From: Tetramitus jugosus
Taxonomy: Eukaryota > Protista > Heterolobosea
Assembly (NCBI GenBank): GCA_937625935.1
Contig: OW569362.1
Location: 186,001-250,000 of the forward strand
Length of the DNA stretch: 64,000 nt
Reading direction: 5' to 3'
The notes beneath the pieces are model-generated. The model had not been told where the DNA came from. It saw nothing but the letters and a program-made list of their open reading frames with translations, and did no database searches. The stretch's first letter is position 1. Each line of letters begins with the position of its first letter. Positions 35,585-46,634 of this stretch are shown here, piece by piece. Position numbers and translations under genes: made by a program.

Positions 35585-35875
35585 TTAATTTGGCAGAGGC
35601 AACAATTGCAAGCATCTGGCCACAATCTTCTCAAATGTTGTCAGTGGAGGCATTCCCGTCTGTTCAGCCATGGAGTCTTCGTGACCTCCGTTCAATCCAC
35701 TTGTTACACCAATGAATGCAACAAATGGTATCCACATCCATGCCATACTCTTCATATTGCCTGAAACGTTGTCAAAAAGATAGGTAAGCTTTTCTTTTGG
35801 TGTTCTCTTGGACCATGGTTTTTCAGGTTCAGCGGCGATTCTCAAGCCTTGTCCTCCAAATGCGAATGGGTTCAT
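35585..35875 (-). CDS. TOM7: Mitochondrial import receptor subunit Tom7-like (96 aa)
   Basis: KEKLTYLF...AWMWIPFVAFIG...LQLLPLP parallels yeast Tom7 KERISKIL...HYGWIPFVLYLG...LNLLSPLP; single TM helix. Confidence 0.65.
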   Translation of the reverse strand: MNPFAFGGQGLRIAAEPEKPWSKRTPKEKLTYLFDNVSGNMKSMAWMWIPFVAFIGVTSGLNGGHEDSMAEQTGMPPLTTFEKIVARCLQLLPLPN

Positions 35876-36009
35876 GATGTTTTGATGTTGATTGGTGTGG
35901 TGGTTTCGGGTATTGTTGTTGGTTGTGTTAAAATGATCACGTTTTGTTTGAGGAGGAGTATTTTTTGTGGGAAAACAAAAAGTGACTTTACTCCGATGGT
36001 ATTCATTTT

Positions 36010-37194
36010 TTACATTTGTTGTAGTTGGTAGAGGAAACAAGGAACAGTTGCCGATTCCTTCTCGTACCTGACAATCTCTTTGAAAATTATTTGTTGGAAC
36101 TCGTTGATTCTCTCTTGTGTTTTAGAGCTCCAATTGGCTGCCACGAGCGGATCGTCAAACTCTTGCTCTTCCAGGATCAATTGAATTCCTGGAGCTTCCG
36201 GCACAGCAACGATATTCCCCTCTAGGAGTGACTGTGGAATGATGGCTTCTGTAAATTTGTTGCGCATCACAGCAGCGACAAGCCCAATGATGCCTCTGAT
36301 GTGATGTTTCATAAATCCTTCTCCGTGCAATCGAAGCACAAAGAACTGTGACCCATCAATCACGGTCATGGGATCGCTACGGTCCAATCCAACATAATAC
36401 AGGGTACGCTTGTACGACGCTCGAACTTCACCTCCTGCAAAATTGTGAAAAGAGTGTTCTCCCTGAAACTGTCCAAACAGCAAATTCAATCTGTCAATGA
36501 TTTTCTCGTTGCTCAATGTATCTCTGTCGTGTTTCGTTGTCACAAGATTTCTCGGCAACAGATACAAGTATTTTCTCGCCTTACAGTGATTAATAGCACA
36601 GAATGAGTCACTTACAGGTCTCATCTCATGAATCCAAATAAACCTCGGCGGGTCATTCTCACTAATGACTCGACCGGGCAATATTGGGTGCTTACTGAGA
36701 ACTCGTTTCACCTCCTGCTCCAACTTTTCGCAAAATGCACTCAAATCACCAGAATTCGATGATTGGATTACACGCGGATCCACTCTCGTGATCATTAAAT
36801 TCCTCAGAGCATGCACGTTTCGATCAGTTCGACTCGCGAAATGCATTCCGAGCTCGGAAAACTTTTTCGCACACTTTAAATTCCTCATTGCCTCCCAGAG
36901 CACATTCTGAATGGCCAGTAACCGTGCTTGTAGCTGAAGACCATAGAAATAGGTGCCTGTGTATGAGAACAGTATTGCATACTTTGGCCATTGTGTGTGA
37001 TCTCTCTCCTTTGTTTTGGGCAGGGGTTTATTGAGATTCTTGATATTGAACGGAGATGGTCCGCATATCGAACTGCTATGTAGTTTTGCTGTGTGGTAGC
37101 TAGGTAATTTGATTTCCTCAATCTTGTACAAGGCAGATGCTTCTCTCTCCAACCAAAATTTCGATGCCCTGAAAATAAATAATTTTTACCGCAT
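36010..37194 (-). CDS. tRNA pseudouridine synthase, TruA/Pus1 family
   Basis: YAILFSYTGT.F.GLQ, catalytic ASRTDRNVHA, RKYLY.LP, GEHSFHNF, G.GFMKHHIR.IIG and AP...L.L. Using the ATG at 37194 requires a 21-nt intron (37169-37189). Confidence 0.85.
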
Positions 37195-37269
37195 TCGATG
37201 GAATTTTCGCTCTTTGCGTGCGATGCATCCGATCTTCGAATGCGGGATGTTTCAAATGTCTCGCGAAAT

Positions 37270-39273
37270 TCACATTTGTTGCTCTTGCTGTTGTTGCTTC
37301 TGATGCTCATTGTACAATGCCGTACCCCCCTTGACGGCAAGTGAGGCACCTGACTTTGCACCCTTGAACCCCAGTTTTGCTGCACCCAACAATCCATAAG
37401 CAACCTTTTTTTGCACTTCCTTGTTGGTAGCAGCTGACGCGACAGCTGAACCAACCTTTTGTTGAACCTCCTTGTTTCCAATCGTCTTTCCTATGGCAGT
37501 GCCAACATGCCTCTGCACAGATTCGTTTTGAGCCAAGTTTTTCACCAGCACATTGTCACTGTTGGAGGCGATCGTGTTTCCAACCATTGATTGATATTGC
37601 CGATTATGGGCAGCGTTCGATACAGTGTTGGCCACTGCTGATTGCACTTTTTCGTTTGTTGCCAGATTGGCAACACCTCTTCCAACAGTGTCCTGTACCT
37701 TATCATTCATTACAACAGATCCCAATGCTCGTTCCTGAATGGTCATGTTTGGATCATTTGGATCATATTGTGGAACGTTTGGAATAGAACTGACAAGTGC
37801 GTTTCCAACAGCGCTCTGAACAACTTCATTGCTCGCTGCATGCCTCACAATAAAATTATCACTACTATTGGCAATGGCATTACCCATTTGATTTTGCATT
37901 GATTGTTGTTGCTGTTGTTGCTGTTGATAGTATTGATAATGTTGATATTGTTGCTGAGTATGGTTTGGAGCTTGAGGTTGCTGTTGAGCATACTGCTGTT
38001 GTGGCTGATACTGTTGCTGCTGCTGCTGTTGTTGATGCATTCTCTGTTGATGATCCACCACATGCCTTGGTACCTGAGGAGGCACACTTGTCGTTGGCCT
38101 TGTTTGGCTATTGTACATTGAATTATTCATATTGTTATTACTTTGATGATGATGATTCGTGTGCACTGAATGAGTTGACACTGGTTGTTGCTGCTGATGG
38201 GCGGATTGAGCAAGTATTTGTTGATACAATTGTTCATATGGTACCTCTGTTTCAATCTTGTGCTTATTTGCAGTTTTTAGCATCTTTTGTTTCGCTTCAT
38301 AGTCCTCGGACCATCCATGTATGCGACGGAATGGAACAATTTTTTGAAAGTCTCTATGTGTCAGAGAAGAGTGAATGATTCTCGATGCATGTTGAATTCC
38401 TGGCAATGGCTTCACTTCTTTCATCAAAAGCTTGTCGTCTGTAATAGTGTACATTGTTTGAGGACGTTGTTTGCCATTGTAATTGTTCATGTGAGTGTGA
38501 TCGAGTGATGAATGAAGAATCTGTGCCTGCAATACTTCGGCTTCTTGATGACCACCAACATACAATGTTTGTGGTTGTTGTTGTTGTTGCAGTGCTTGTT
38601 GTTGTTGTTCATATTGTCTCTGTTGTTGTAATTGCTGTTGTTGTTGTTGTTGTTGTTGCAATAGTCTCTGCTGGTGTTGCTGCTGTTGTTGTTGTTGAAG
38701 TAGCAATTGTTGTTGTTGTTGATATTGTTCATTTTGCGCTCGCTCTTCTCTGATCTTATCTTGTTCATGTTGAACAAAATCAACATGTTCTTCTTCGTCT
38801 TCGTGATTGTTACCATTGTGGTTTTTAGCAGAGTAGTGTTCCACTTCTGTTGTTTCTTCTTCTTCCTCTTCTTCTTGCTCTTCTTCTTGTTCCTCCTCTT
38901 CCTCATCATCATTCTGCTGTTGATACAGTGGAATGAGAATGTTTTTCACATTGCTCAACTCTGTCTTCACAGCAGGACACTTGTTCTTCCATATCTCATA
39001 CTGTTCCTCATACTGTTCAATATCAGGATGATTCGGCAATTGTTTGAGCACGAGAACCAAGTATTGAATCAAATAGGCATAGCATCGTTCATAATTGTTT
39101 TCCTTCATGCACTTTCCTGCATTTTTGATCAAGTTTTTGCAAGCATTCAACAAGCTTTCAATATCAATACCATTTTCCAAATCAAACAATTCGTTTGCTT
39201 TCTCTAGAGAAACCTCATTGAGTTGGTCAATGGAGTTGCATCGAAGTGGGACAATCTCTTCTTCTTCAGTCAT
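37270..39273 (-). CDS. USP8-dimerisation/MIT-like domain protein with poly-Q linker and C-terminal helical repeats
   Basis: LLNACKNL...ENNYERCYAYLIQYLVLVLKQLPNHPD resembles the AMSH/USP8 N-terminal domain. The C-terminus has repeated N.EVQ..VG.A motifs. Likely start is MTEEEE at 39273. Confidence 0.55.
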   Translation of the reverse strand: MTEEEEIVPLRCNSIDQLNEVSLEKANELFDLENGIDIESLLNACKNLIKNAGKCMKENNYERCYAYLIQYLVLVLKQLPNHPDIEQYEEQYEIWKNKCPAVKTELSNVKNILIPLYQQQNDDEEEEEQEEEQEEEEEEETTEVEHYSAKNHNGNNHEDEEEHVDFVQHEQDKIREERAQNEQYQQQQQLLLQQQQQQQHQQRLLQQQQQQQQQLQQQRQYEQQQQALQQQQQPQTLYVGGHQEAEVLQAQILHSSLDHTHMNNYNGKQRPQTMYTITDDKLLMKEVKPLPGIQHASRIIHSSLTHRDFQKIVPFRRIHGWSEDYEAKQKMLKTANKHKIETEVPYEQLYQQILAQSAHQQQQPVSTHSVHTNHHHQSNNNMNNSMYNSQTRPTTSVPPQVPRHVVDHQQRMHQQQQQQQQYQPQQQYAQQQPQAPNHTQQQYQHYQYYQQQQQQQQSMQNQMGNAIANSSDNFIVRHAASNEVVQSAVGNALVSSIPNVPQYDPNDPNMTIQERALGSVVMNDKVQDTVGRGVANLATNEKVQSAVANTVSNAAHNRQYQSMVGNTIASNSDNVLVKNLAQNESVQRHVGTAIGKTIGNKEVQQKVGSAVASAATNKEVQKKVAYGLLGAAKLGFKGAKSGASLAVKGGTALYNEHQKQQQQEQQM
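38575..38722. repeat. (TTG)n/(CTG)n trinucleotide tract encoding poly-Q
   Basis: Imperfect ttg/ctg runs within the 37270-39273 CDS; representative of many such tracts in the window. Confidence 0.8.
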
Positions 39274-39551
39274 AGTTTGAATGTGTTGGTTTATGTGTTG
39301 GCTTTGTGACAAAAGAAGAGTGTTGGTTGTTTTTTTGTGTTTTCTCTTGGATATTTTTTGTTTGATATAAATTGAGCTGCCAACACGTTTTGATTTTGAT
39401 ATCCCGGCCGATATCAACTTCTTTTCCTGAAGCTGAAATCGGAGATGAATGTTCAACCAAAACTTGCACGAAAATTCACACAAGAAGAAAAAAGCACCGA
39501 AAAACGAACAACAAATTTATCAACAATAACAACAAATAACCGGTTAACAAC

Positions 39552-41194
39552 ATGCAAGCCAGACCATCTGAAAACTGTATCGTTTCTTCTTTGCGTTGGG
39601 TTCCAAAGGGATGCTTCTCCCTCCATCCAAAAAAAGCCGACTTGTTCACCACCAATGAAGAAATTGAAAAATATAAGCAGGATATGGAAGAGCAAGAACA
39701 GTATGAAATAATGAGAAAAAAGTATGAAGAGAGCAGTGCAGCCATGACTGACGTAGATATTGATAATGATGAAGAATTGAAAGAGTACAATATGGCTGAT
39801 TATGACAATGAAGAAGAAATTGATGTTCGTACGTATTATTTTTATCGATCTCTTGTCACACACACACGCATTCACATGTTTTTGGTGTTTGCAATTTTTC
39901 TCTCTGTATCTCTCCACGATCATTGTCTATTGACACATATTCGCTCTTTCACCATTATCATCGAACTCAAAAAACATGCCTCTACTATTTTTTGTTGAAC
40001 AACATGTCTCGATGTCTCGATGCACATTTATACAAACATACAGAACAAGAATTGTTCAAGAGCTTGGGAATGTCTCATGTTGCACCAGAGAATGATGTCT
40101 ATCTAAAGAGAAATGAAGGCGAAATGGAAGAGGACTCTGATGAAGAAGAAGAAGAATTGAAACCGACTGATTATCAATTGGTATCGTGTCACAATGAAGA
40201 CGAAGGTGTTTCTACTCTACAAGTGCACATTTATGAACCAGATGATCAAAATTTGTTTGTTCATCACGATGTCATGCTTCAAAACTTTGCCTTGTGCGTT
40301 GAATGGTTGAGTTATTTGCCTGGATCCGCTGCGAACAACACTAGCGGAAAGAGAAATTTGGCTGCTGTTGGTACATTTGATCCAATCATTGAGATTTGGG
40401 ATTTGGATGTGGTGGATGCGTTGCAACCAGTGGGCAATCTAGGTTCTGTAGCCGAACCAGAACCAGCCACAAGCAAATCAAAGAAGAAGAAGGCATTTGT
40501 CAAACCGAACACTCAGAACGATAAGACACACACAGCACCAGTGTTGAGTCTCGCATGGCATCCATTGCATTACAATATTTTGGCCAGTTCCAGTGAAGAC
40601 AGAACGATTAAGATTTGGGATTTGCAGACGTGCGAGTCAAAGTTTTCATTGAATCAGTTGCATTCGACGCCTATTACTGGCATCTCTTGGCATCCACGTG
40701 AGGCAAATGTGTTGTTGAGCGGTGGTTTCGACAAGAAGTGTCTCGTGATCGACTCCAACAGTAAATCAAAGATGGAATACTCTGTTCCTCATGATGTGGA
40801 ATCTGTCGCATGGAATCCACATTTCCTCAATGCCTTCACAGTTAGTTTGTCCAGTGGTATCATGATGACTTATGATATTAGGAATCAAAAGACCCCAATA
40901 CACAAGTGGCAAGCCCATGCACCAAAGATGGCAGTGTCTGACTTCTCTTACAGTGAAGTTGCTCCTAACTTGTTGGTGACTTGCTCACACGATGGAACAG
41001 TCAAGTTCTGGAATCAGAACTGTGCTGAATCAGCTCAACAACCTCAAGAGATTGAATCTGCTGATATAGGATATGGACAGTGCTACACCGTGTCCTTCTA
41101 TGAGAATTTCTTGGCAATCGGAGCACAAAAGGGTAAACTTCAGGTCTTAAATTGTCTGAAGAACGAGAAGTTACGACCATTGTTTGCTAAATAA
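39552..41194 (+). CDS. PWP1: Periodic tryptophan protein 1 (WD40, ribosome biogenesis), 2 exons; intron 39829-40043
   Basis: IVSSLRWVPKG, LKEYNM.DYD, NLFVHHD, ALCVEWL, AVGTFDP.IEIWDLD..D.L.P and WD40 repeats; the intron is in frame. Confidence 0.9.
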
Positions 41195-41195
41195 A

Positions 41196-43475
41196 TTACA
41201 TATTTACTGAAGTTGCGGGTACGTTGCTTTCTGGTTGTTGTGGTTTGTAATCAAAGATGGCTTCTGCTGTCACCCGAACGCGATTGAAGTCTGCTTCGTC
41301 TTTGACTTCGACTGAGAGAATGTACAACAAATCGTGAATGTACTTGTGAATCTCGTATTGAGAGAGAAGCATCTCCCGAGCATCACTATTCTCATTAGCA
41401 CAGGTAGACAGGAGGAAAAATAGAGAAATGACTAGCTGCAGACAATCGGACACATACTGAGCACGATCTTCCATTGTTGATGTCTGAGGTTGAGGAGTCT
41501 TATGTTGTTGATCAAAGTGGGAGCTCAGAAACGTCATATAATACCGTAACGTTTCTATTGCTTCAAACAATAGATTAAAGTGGTTCAAGAATAAAGTTAA
41601 TTCGTACCGACTATCTTCCGTTGGTTCCTGGATGGACGGAGTACGACATAACTGACGTACAATTTGTACTGCCAGTCTCTTGATAACTACTTCCTGCTCC
41701 TCCTTGAGGACAAACATCAAAATATTGATCAGCTGCTCATTCTTTGTAACGAATCGCCGAAACGTACCACCATTCACAAATGTGTCCCACGTGAGCAAAC
41801 TATAGTATCTTATTAACGGACTGACCGATATGAAAGTTAACCTCCGCAGCTGTTGAAAGAGAAGAGAATCTTGAGTTTTCTTCTGCTTTGTATAGAAATC
41901 AATGACCAGCTTTTGAGTGCTTGATCCATGTTGACACAAACCATAGAGTAGCTGCAGGGCACTGAATGTGACTTGGAGGAATGTCAATGGTTGTGATGAG
42001 TTAGCAAGTTGGAGCCAAGCACAGATACAGGACAGTAGATTAATGGTAGGATTCTCCATAACCTGTATTGCTATTGGTTCTGAGTGAAGTATCACCAGAT
42101 ACAATACATTCATATATTGGGTCTGAACATAATAGCTGTTTGTTGTTTCTTTCTCTGGTATTTCGGCCGATGTTGCGAGGTAAGTAATCTCGTTCAGAAG
42201 TGTTTTACTCGCCATCAACTTATTAAGCAAGAAGCCCTTGTCCCTCATTGATATGGAGAACAAGCACTTTGCTAATGTTTGTAGAATCTTTTCATCATCG
42301 CATAAGATCAGTCTCTCAAATGATTGCATGATGGACACAGTTTTTTGCACATAGAGTAAATAGTATAGCAGATCATTATTGCAACTAGAACAGATCTGTC
42401 CTAGAGAAGTCAATGATAATTGCACCATAGAGGCATCATCACAATTCATAAATTTGTTTGTATATTTGAGGAATTGCTCAAACGTTCTCTGGGCGTATTC
42501 TCCGCTACTAGAATCGACAATAACTTCGTTTCGTGAGTAGGCACCGCCTGTTTTGTCAATAGGCATCGAGATCTTTGTAAGTGTAGCCTTTTGAGTCTCA
42601 AAAGTGAGCATACCGAGCAACGGCTTATTTTTCTGTAAGAGAGCTACGTCTTTATCAATTGCTCTCACACTCTCTTCTTTTGCGATTGATTTTACTCGTA
42701 CAAGCACAGATGAGTTCAAAGCATAGAAGTGCGCTACAATGGCATAAGCTAACCAAGCTATCTCCACAGGATATTTTAGGGCCTCTACTGGGAATGTATC
42801 ACTACTATATTGATCTGATCGAAACAATACTCTCGCCTTTTGGTTTGTCATTGGCGCTTCGCTCAAAAACTCGTAAAAATCACTCAACTTGAACACATGC
42901 AAGAACAGTGAGTGAATATTCATAATCGAAGAAATTGTATCCTTTGCATTCTTTACCGAAAATGTACACAAGCGCAACAAACAATGCAACACAATCCACA
43001 ACGAGCAGTGCACTTCTCTCTCGGTTGGTACATGGTCGCCACTGAACAACAACCGATAAATTCGATTAAACATCATCGATTCATACACGGATACATAACA
43101 CTCATTGGTATCTTTTTGTAATCGAGCCAACAAATCATCAATATAATCCAAGTTCATTCGTATCTTCGTGCGATCATCATCCTGCTGCTCATTCTTCTCC
43201 GAAGACACAGTTGTCAACATGTAAGAAAAGGGAAATGTTAAATCTACGAGTTCTTGGATGGATAAACCATCTGTATTAAGCTTCCCCTTTGTTCTACTGC
43301 GAGGATCCTTCTTTGATGGAACAAAATAACTGTAGAGCTCATTGGACAGATAAACGATCAATAGTCCGCCACCAGCAAACAGAGATGTCTTGATCAGGGA
43401 CTGAGAATTGAGAAAACCATTTGCACGTAACCACTTTGAGAATGCTCCATCATCTCTTGACGCTGCTCGATCCAT
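41196..43475 (-). CDS. ARM/HEAT-like helical repeat protein with an N-terminal hydrophobic anchor
   Basis: 759-aa Leu-rich helical ORF with N-terminal SLFAGGGLLIVYL..LYSYF; no specific family recognised. Confidence 0.5.
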   Translation of the reverse strand: MDRAASRDDGAFSKWLRANGFLNSQSLIKTSLFAGGGLLIVYLSNELYSYFVPSKKDPRSRTKGKLNTDGLSIQELVDLTFPFSYMLTTVSSEKNEQQDDDRTKIRMNLDYIDDLLARLQKDTNECYVSVYESMMFNRIYRLLFSGDHVPTEREVHCSLWIVLHCLLRLCTFSVKNAKDTISSIMNIHSLFLHVFKLSDFYEFLSEAPMTNQKARVLFRSDQYSSDTFPVEALKYPVEIAWLAYAIVAHFYALNSSVLVRVKSIAKEESVRAIDKDVALLQKNKPLLGMLTFETQKATLTKISMPIDKTGGAYSRNEVIVDSSSGEYAQRTFEQFLKYTNKFMNCDDASMVQLSLTSLGQICSSCNNDLLYYLLYVQKTVSIMQSFERLILCDDEKILQTLAKCLFSISMRDKGFLLNKLMASKTLLNEITYLATSAEIPEKETTNSYYVQTQYMNVLYLVILHSEPIAIQVMENPTINLLSCICAWLQLANSSQPLTFLQVTFSALQLLYGLCQHGSSTQKLVIDFYTKQKKTQDSLLFQQLRRLTFISVSPLIRYYSLLTWDTFVNGGTFRRFVTKNEQLINILMFVLKEEQEVVIKRLAVQIVRQLCRTPSIQEPTEDSRYELTLFLNHFNLLFEAIETLRYYMTFLSSHFDQQHKTPQPQTSTMEDRAQYVSDCLQLVISLFFLLSTCANENSDAREMLLSQYEIHKYIHDLLYILSVEVKDEADFNRVRVTAEAIFDYKPQQPESNVPATSVNM

Positions 43476-43622
43476 TTCTTTTTTGTTTTCTCCACTTGTC
43501 GGAGCGGCTAAATGGTTATTCGGCGCTTCATCAAAAGCATTGAATTTTCACACAAAGCTCCTCTCTCACAATTCCTCAAACAACACGCATCATCAAAACA
43601 ACTTGCAACTACTACATGAAAA

Positions 43623-43794
43623 ATGGTGGTCATGACAATGAAACGAACAACATCCTCAATCCTCTCAAAACTCTCATCATCATCACTCATCTCCCTCCAG
43701 CGCCCTCACATTAGCTATTCTCATTTTCCAGCTTTACAATGTCGTTCCTACTCTTCCATTGATGACAACAACAACAATAGCAACACCAGCAATA

Positions 43795-43826
<32 letters not shown>

Positions 43827-45647
43827 TTCAATCACATTACAACAACGATATCCAACGAGTTATCCCCTCATGTCAGCACTGATGCATCCTACAAGCTCAG
43901 AACAAGCACAAAATGGGACACTGTTCAATACAGTAGGAAAAAACAAAATTCTCTCATGAACAACAATAACAGTACAAAACAAAAAAAGTATCCAGAGCTA
44001 ACAGACAATGTAGCTCTTAGACCATTGGCCACAACAGAGCTATCGATTGCCTACAAGAATGGTAAAGTGTTGTCTCAGAGTGCAATCGACTTGTTTAATG
44101 TGGAGGACAAGTCCACTCACTATGATATTTTTCCAAAGGGTGACCCAGAGTGGATGAAACTGACGGAAAGCTTGCTCGCACCAGCAGAGTTGGCTCTCGA
44201 GTTGAAACAGAGAGCACTGTTGGAGATGGACACGGATGAAACTGCCTTTTTTTCACAACAACAATTGACTGCCACTGCAAAACGAGTGAGATCACGGTAC
44301 GATATCAATGATTGGAACTTGTTGATTAGAGCACAGACTGCACAATCAAAGTTTGAATTGGCACAGCAAACGTTTGACAAGGTGTGCAATGAATTGAGTA
44401 TGATTGGTGTGGTGCCGAATGCGGTGACGTTTACAGCGATTATTCATGCGTGTGCATTGTGTGGTGGTGAGAATGCACATTCATTGGCCTATGATTACTT
44501 TAAGCAAATGAAGTTGATGAATGTGGAGCCGTCGATTGGTACGTATGGTGCACTGGTTCATGCCTTTACCAATGCCAACAAGATTGATCAGGCATTTGAG
44601 TTGATTGAGGCCATGAGATCGAGAGACATTGAACCGAACAATGTCATTCATAGCACAGTTCTGGCTGCTTGCGTCCGAACAGGTGATTTAACAAGAGCAT
44701 GGCAACATTATGAATTAATGAGCAGCAAGTATGCCATTAAACCAGATGAAGTCTCACTGTCCATCATGATGCATGCTGCAGCAAGAGCTGGTCAAGGTGA
44801 GAGAGCACTACGTATCTTTAGACATTTTTCTCAGTTGATGCTGTCACCGACAAAGGTAACCTATCACACATTGATGACTGCTCTAGCGAAGCGTAAGGAT
44901 CTGAGATGGAAGGTGTTTGAAACAGCGGATCAAATGGAAGCCAACGGTCACACTCCGACCATTTACACATTTAACATTTTGTGCTACGCGTGTGCAAAGG
45001 ATGGTGCAATCGAAAAGATTCCTCGTATTCTGAGCAAGCTTCAAAACATGAACCTGCAACCAGATTCCTACACATTCACATCATTGATCTCTGCTTTCAA
45101 GACTGCCAATGTGAAGAACAGACCAGAGACTCACAATCAAAATATTACTGATGCGCTTGCAATGTTCGATTTGATGATTTCAGATGGGATAGAAATTACG
45201 ATCCATACGTTGAATGCCACTCTAGGAGTATTGGCAACAGCAATGCGTATCAACCGAGCTTTGGAGTTTTTTGAGACAAAGTATGAACAACATGGCATTG
45301 CTCGTGATGCAGTCACATACACAACAATGATCACCATGTACGTGCGAGCAAAGAAACTACATGAGGCAGAAAGAATGTTTATGAAATTCCGAAGTGAACA
45401 TGCATCTCAGAAGCCAACATACGCCATGTACAAGCAAATCGTGTTAGGATATGCCAGAAGTGGAGAGACTGAAAAATCAACGAAATGGCTCAAGGAAATG
45501 TTTTCCATTGATGGGTTCAAGTTGAATCCGATGGATATGGTTCTCTATCAATCAACTGTGCGAGGAGCGGATAATGTGAGAAGAAACAATGTGGAGAAAT
45601 TGAAGGACATTCAGAGCAATGTGGATTCCTTCCTGAAGGTCTTCTAA
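43623..45647 (+). CDS. P-type pentatricopeptide repeat protein, probably mitochondrial
   Basis: About ten 35-aa repeats (PNAVTFTAII.AC, PSIGTYGALV, PD.VS.SIMM, PT..TY..LM, PDSYTFTSLI); presequence-like N-terminus. Confidence 0.9.
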
Positions 45648-45678
45648 GTAAGGTCTAAGCGACTAGTTAAATAATTCT

Positions 45679-46524
45679 TTACAATTTATTAATGAACTTT
45701 GGTTTTCTCTTCTCCATGTAGCTCATGACAGCTTCAGTCAAATCTTCACTCTTGATCAATGCACTGTTCCACAAAGCAACATGCATCAAACCATCATCTG
45801 TCGTGTGCTCCTCAGCATAGTTTAGCATGTACTTTGTTCCCTGGACAACCAATGGAGAGTTGCTTGCAATGTTAGCTGCCATCGTGCGCGCAGCCTTCAG
45901 GCATTCCTCATGTGACTCGTACACATGATTCAAGAAACCGTGTTGATACAGTGTCTTTGCATCATAATCTGATCCTGTGAATGCCATTTCCCTTGCGAAT
46001 CCCTTTCCGACAACTCTCTGAATTCTCTGCAGTGTGCCCAAGTCAGCTACAATGGCCAACTTTGTCTCACGAATCGAGTACGTAGAATCGCGAGTACCCA
46101 ATCGAACATCGCAAGCACTCACCATATCAATACCACCACCAATGCATGGACCTTGAATTGCAGTAATCACTGGCTTCTTACACTTTGCAATGGCAGAAAA
46201 CGGTGCCTGCATGGCTTGAATCTTCTTCAATAGCTCCAGGTTTTGAAGGGCAGGCGAAGCAGATGACTCATCATTGGATGATGAGAGAAGTATGGACATG
46301 GCAGACTTTAGATCTAATGAGGTAAATGCCTTGCCTTCTGACCACAGAACCACAGCGTGCACATTATTGTCATTTGACAATTGAACAAAAGCTTGTTCCA
46401 ATTCAGAAAAGAACAGTAGATCCATGCTGTTTAGACGTTGAGGACAGCAAAGAATGACTTCAGCTACATGGTTTTCTTGTTTGACTACACGGATTCTCTT
46501 GAATGAAGCACTCATTGTTGACAT
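45679..46524 (-). CDS. ECH1: Delta(3,5)-Delta(2,4)-dienoyl-CoA isomerase (crotonase family)
   Basis: KPVI.AI.G.CIGGGID...ACDVR, ETKLAIVADLGTLQR and SPLVVQGTK; C-terminal PTS1-like NKL. Confidence 0.8.
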   Translation of the reverse strand: MSTMSASFKRIRVVKQENHVAEVILCCPQRLNSMDLLFFSELEQAFVQLSNDNNVHAVVLWSEGKAFTSLDLKSAMSILLSSSNDESSASPALQNLELLKKIQAMQAPFSAIAKCKKPVITAIQGPCIGGGIDMVSACDVRLGTRDSTYSIRETKLAIVADLGTLQRIQRVVGKGFAREMAFTGSDYDAKTLYQHGFLNHVYESHEECLKAARTMAANIASNSPLVVQGTKYMLNYAEEHTTDDGLMHVALWNSALIKSEDLTEAVMSYMEKRKPKFINKL

Positions 46525-46634
46525 TGTTGTGATGGTTTTCTGTTCGCTTCTTTGGGAGAATTTTTAGATCTCTGCGGAGAATAGGAAGCTTGAGGAAGAA
46601 CCATCCAAAACCAAAACAACAACAGAGAAAGGTC

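Noticed and set aside
36885-37481. 198-aa minus-strand ORF bridging two genes
   Set aside because: It is an alternate-frame overlap of two better-supported CDSs and has no recognisable motif.
37899-39207. Antisense ORFs rich in V/L/C/F (also 4244-4583, 12931-13356, 21584-22018)
   Set aside because: They are shadows of trinucleotide repeats on the coding strand.
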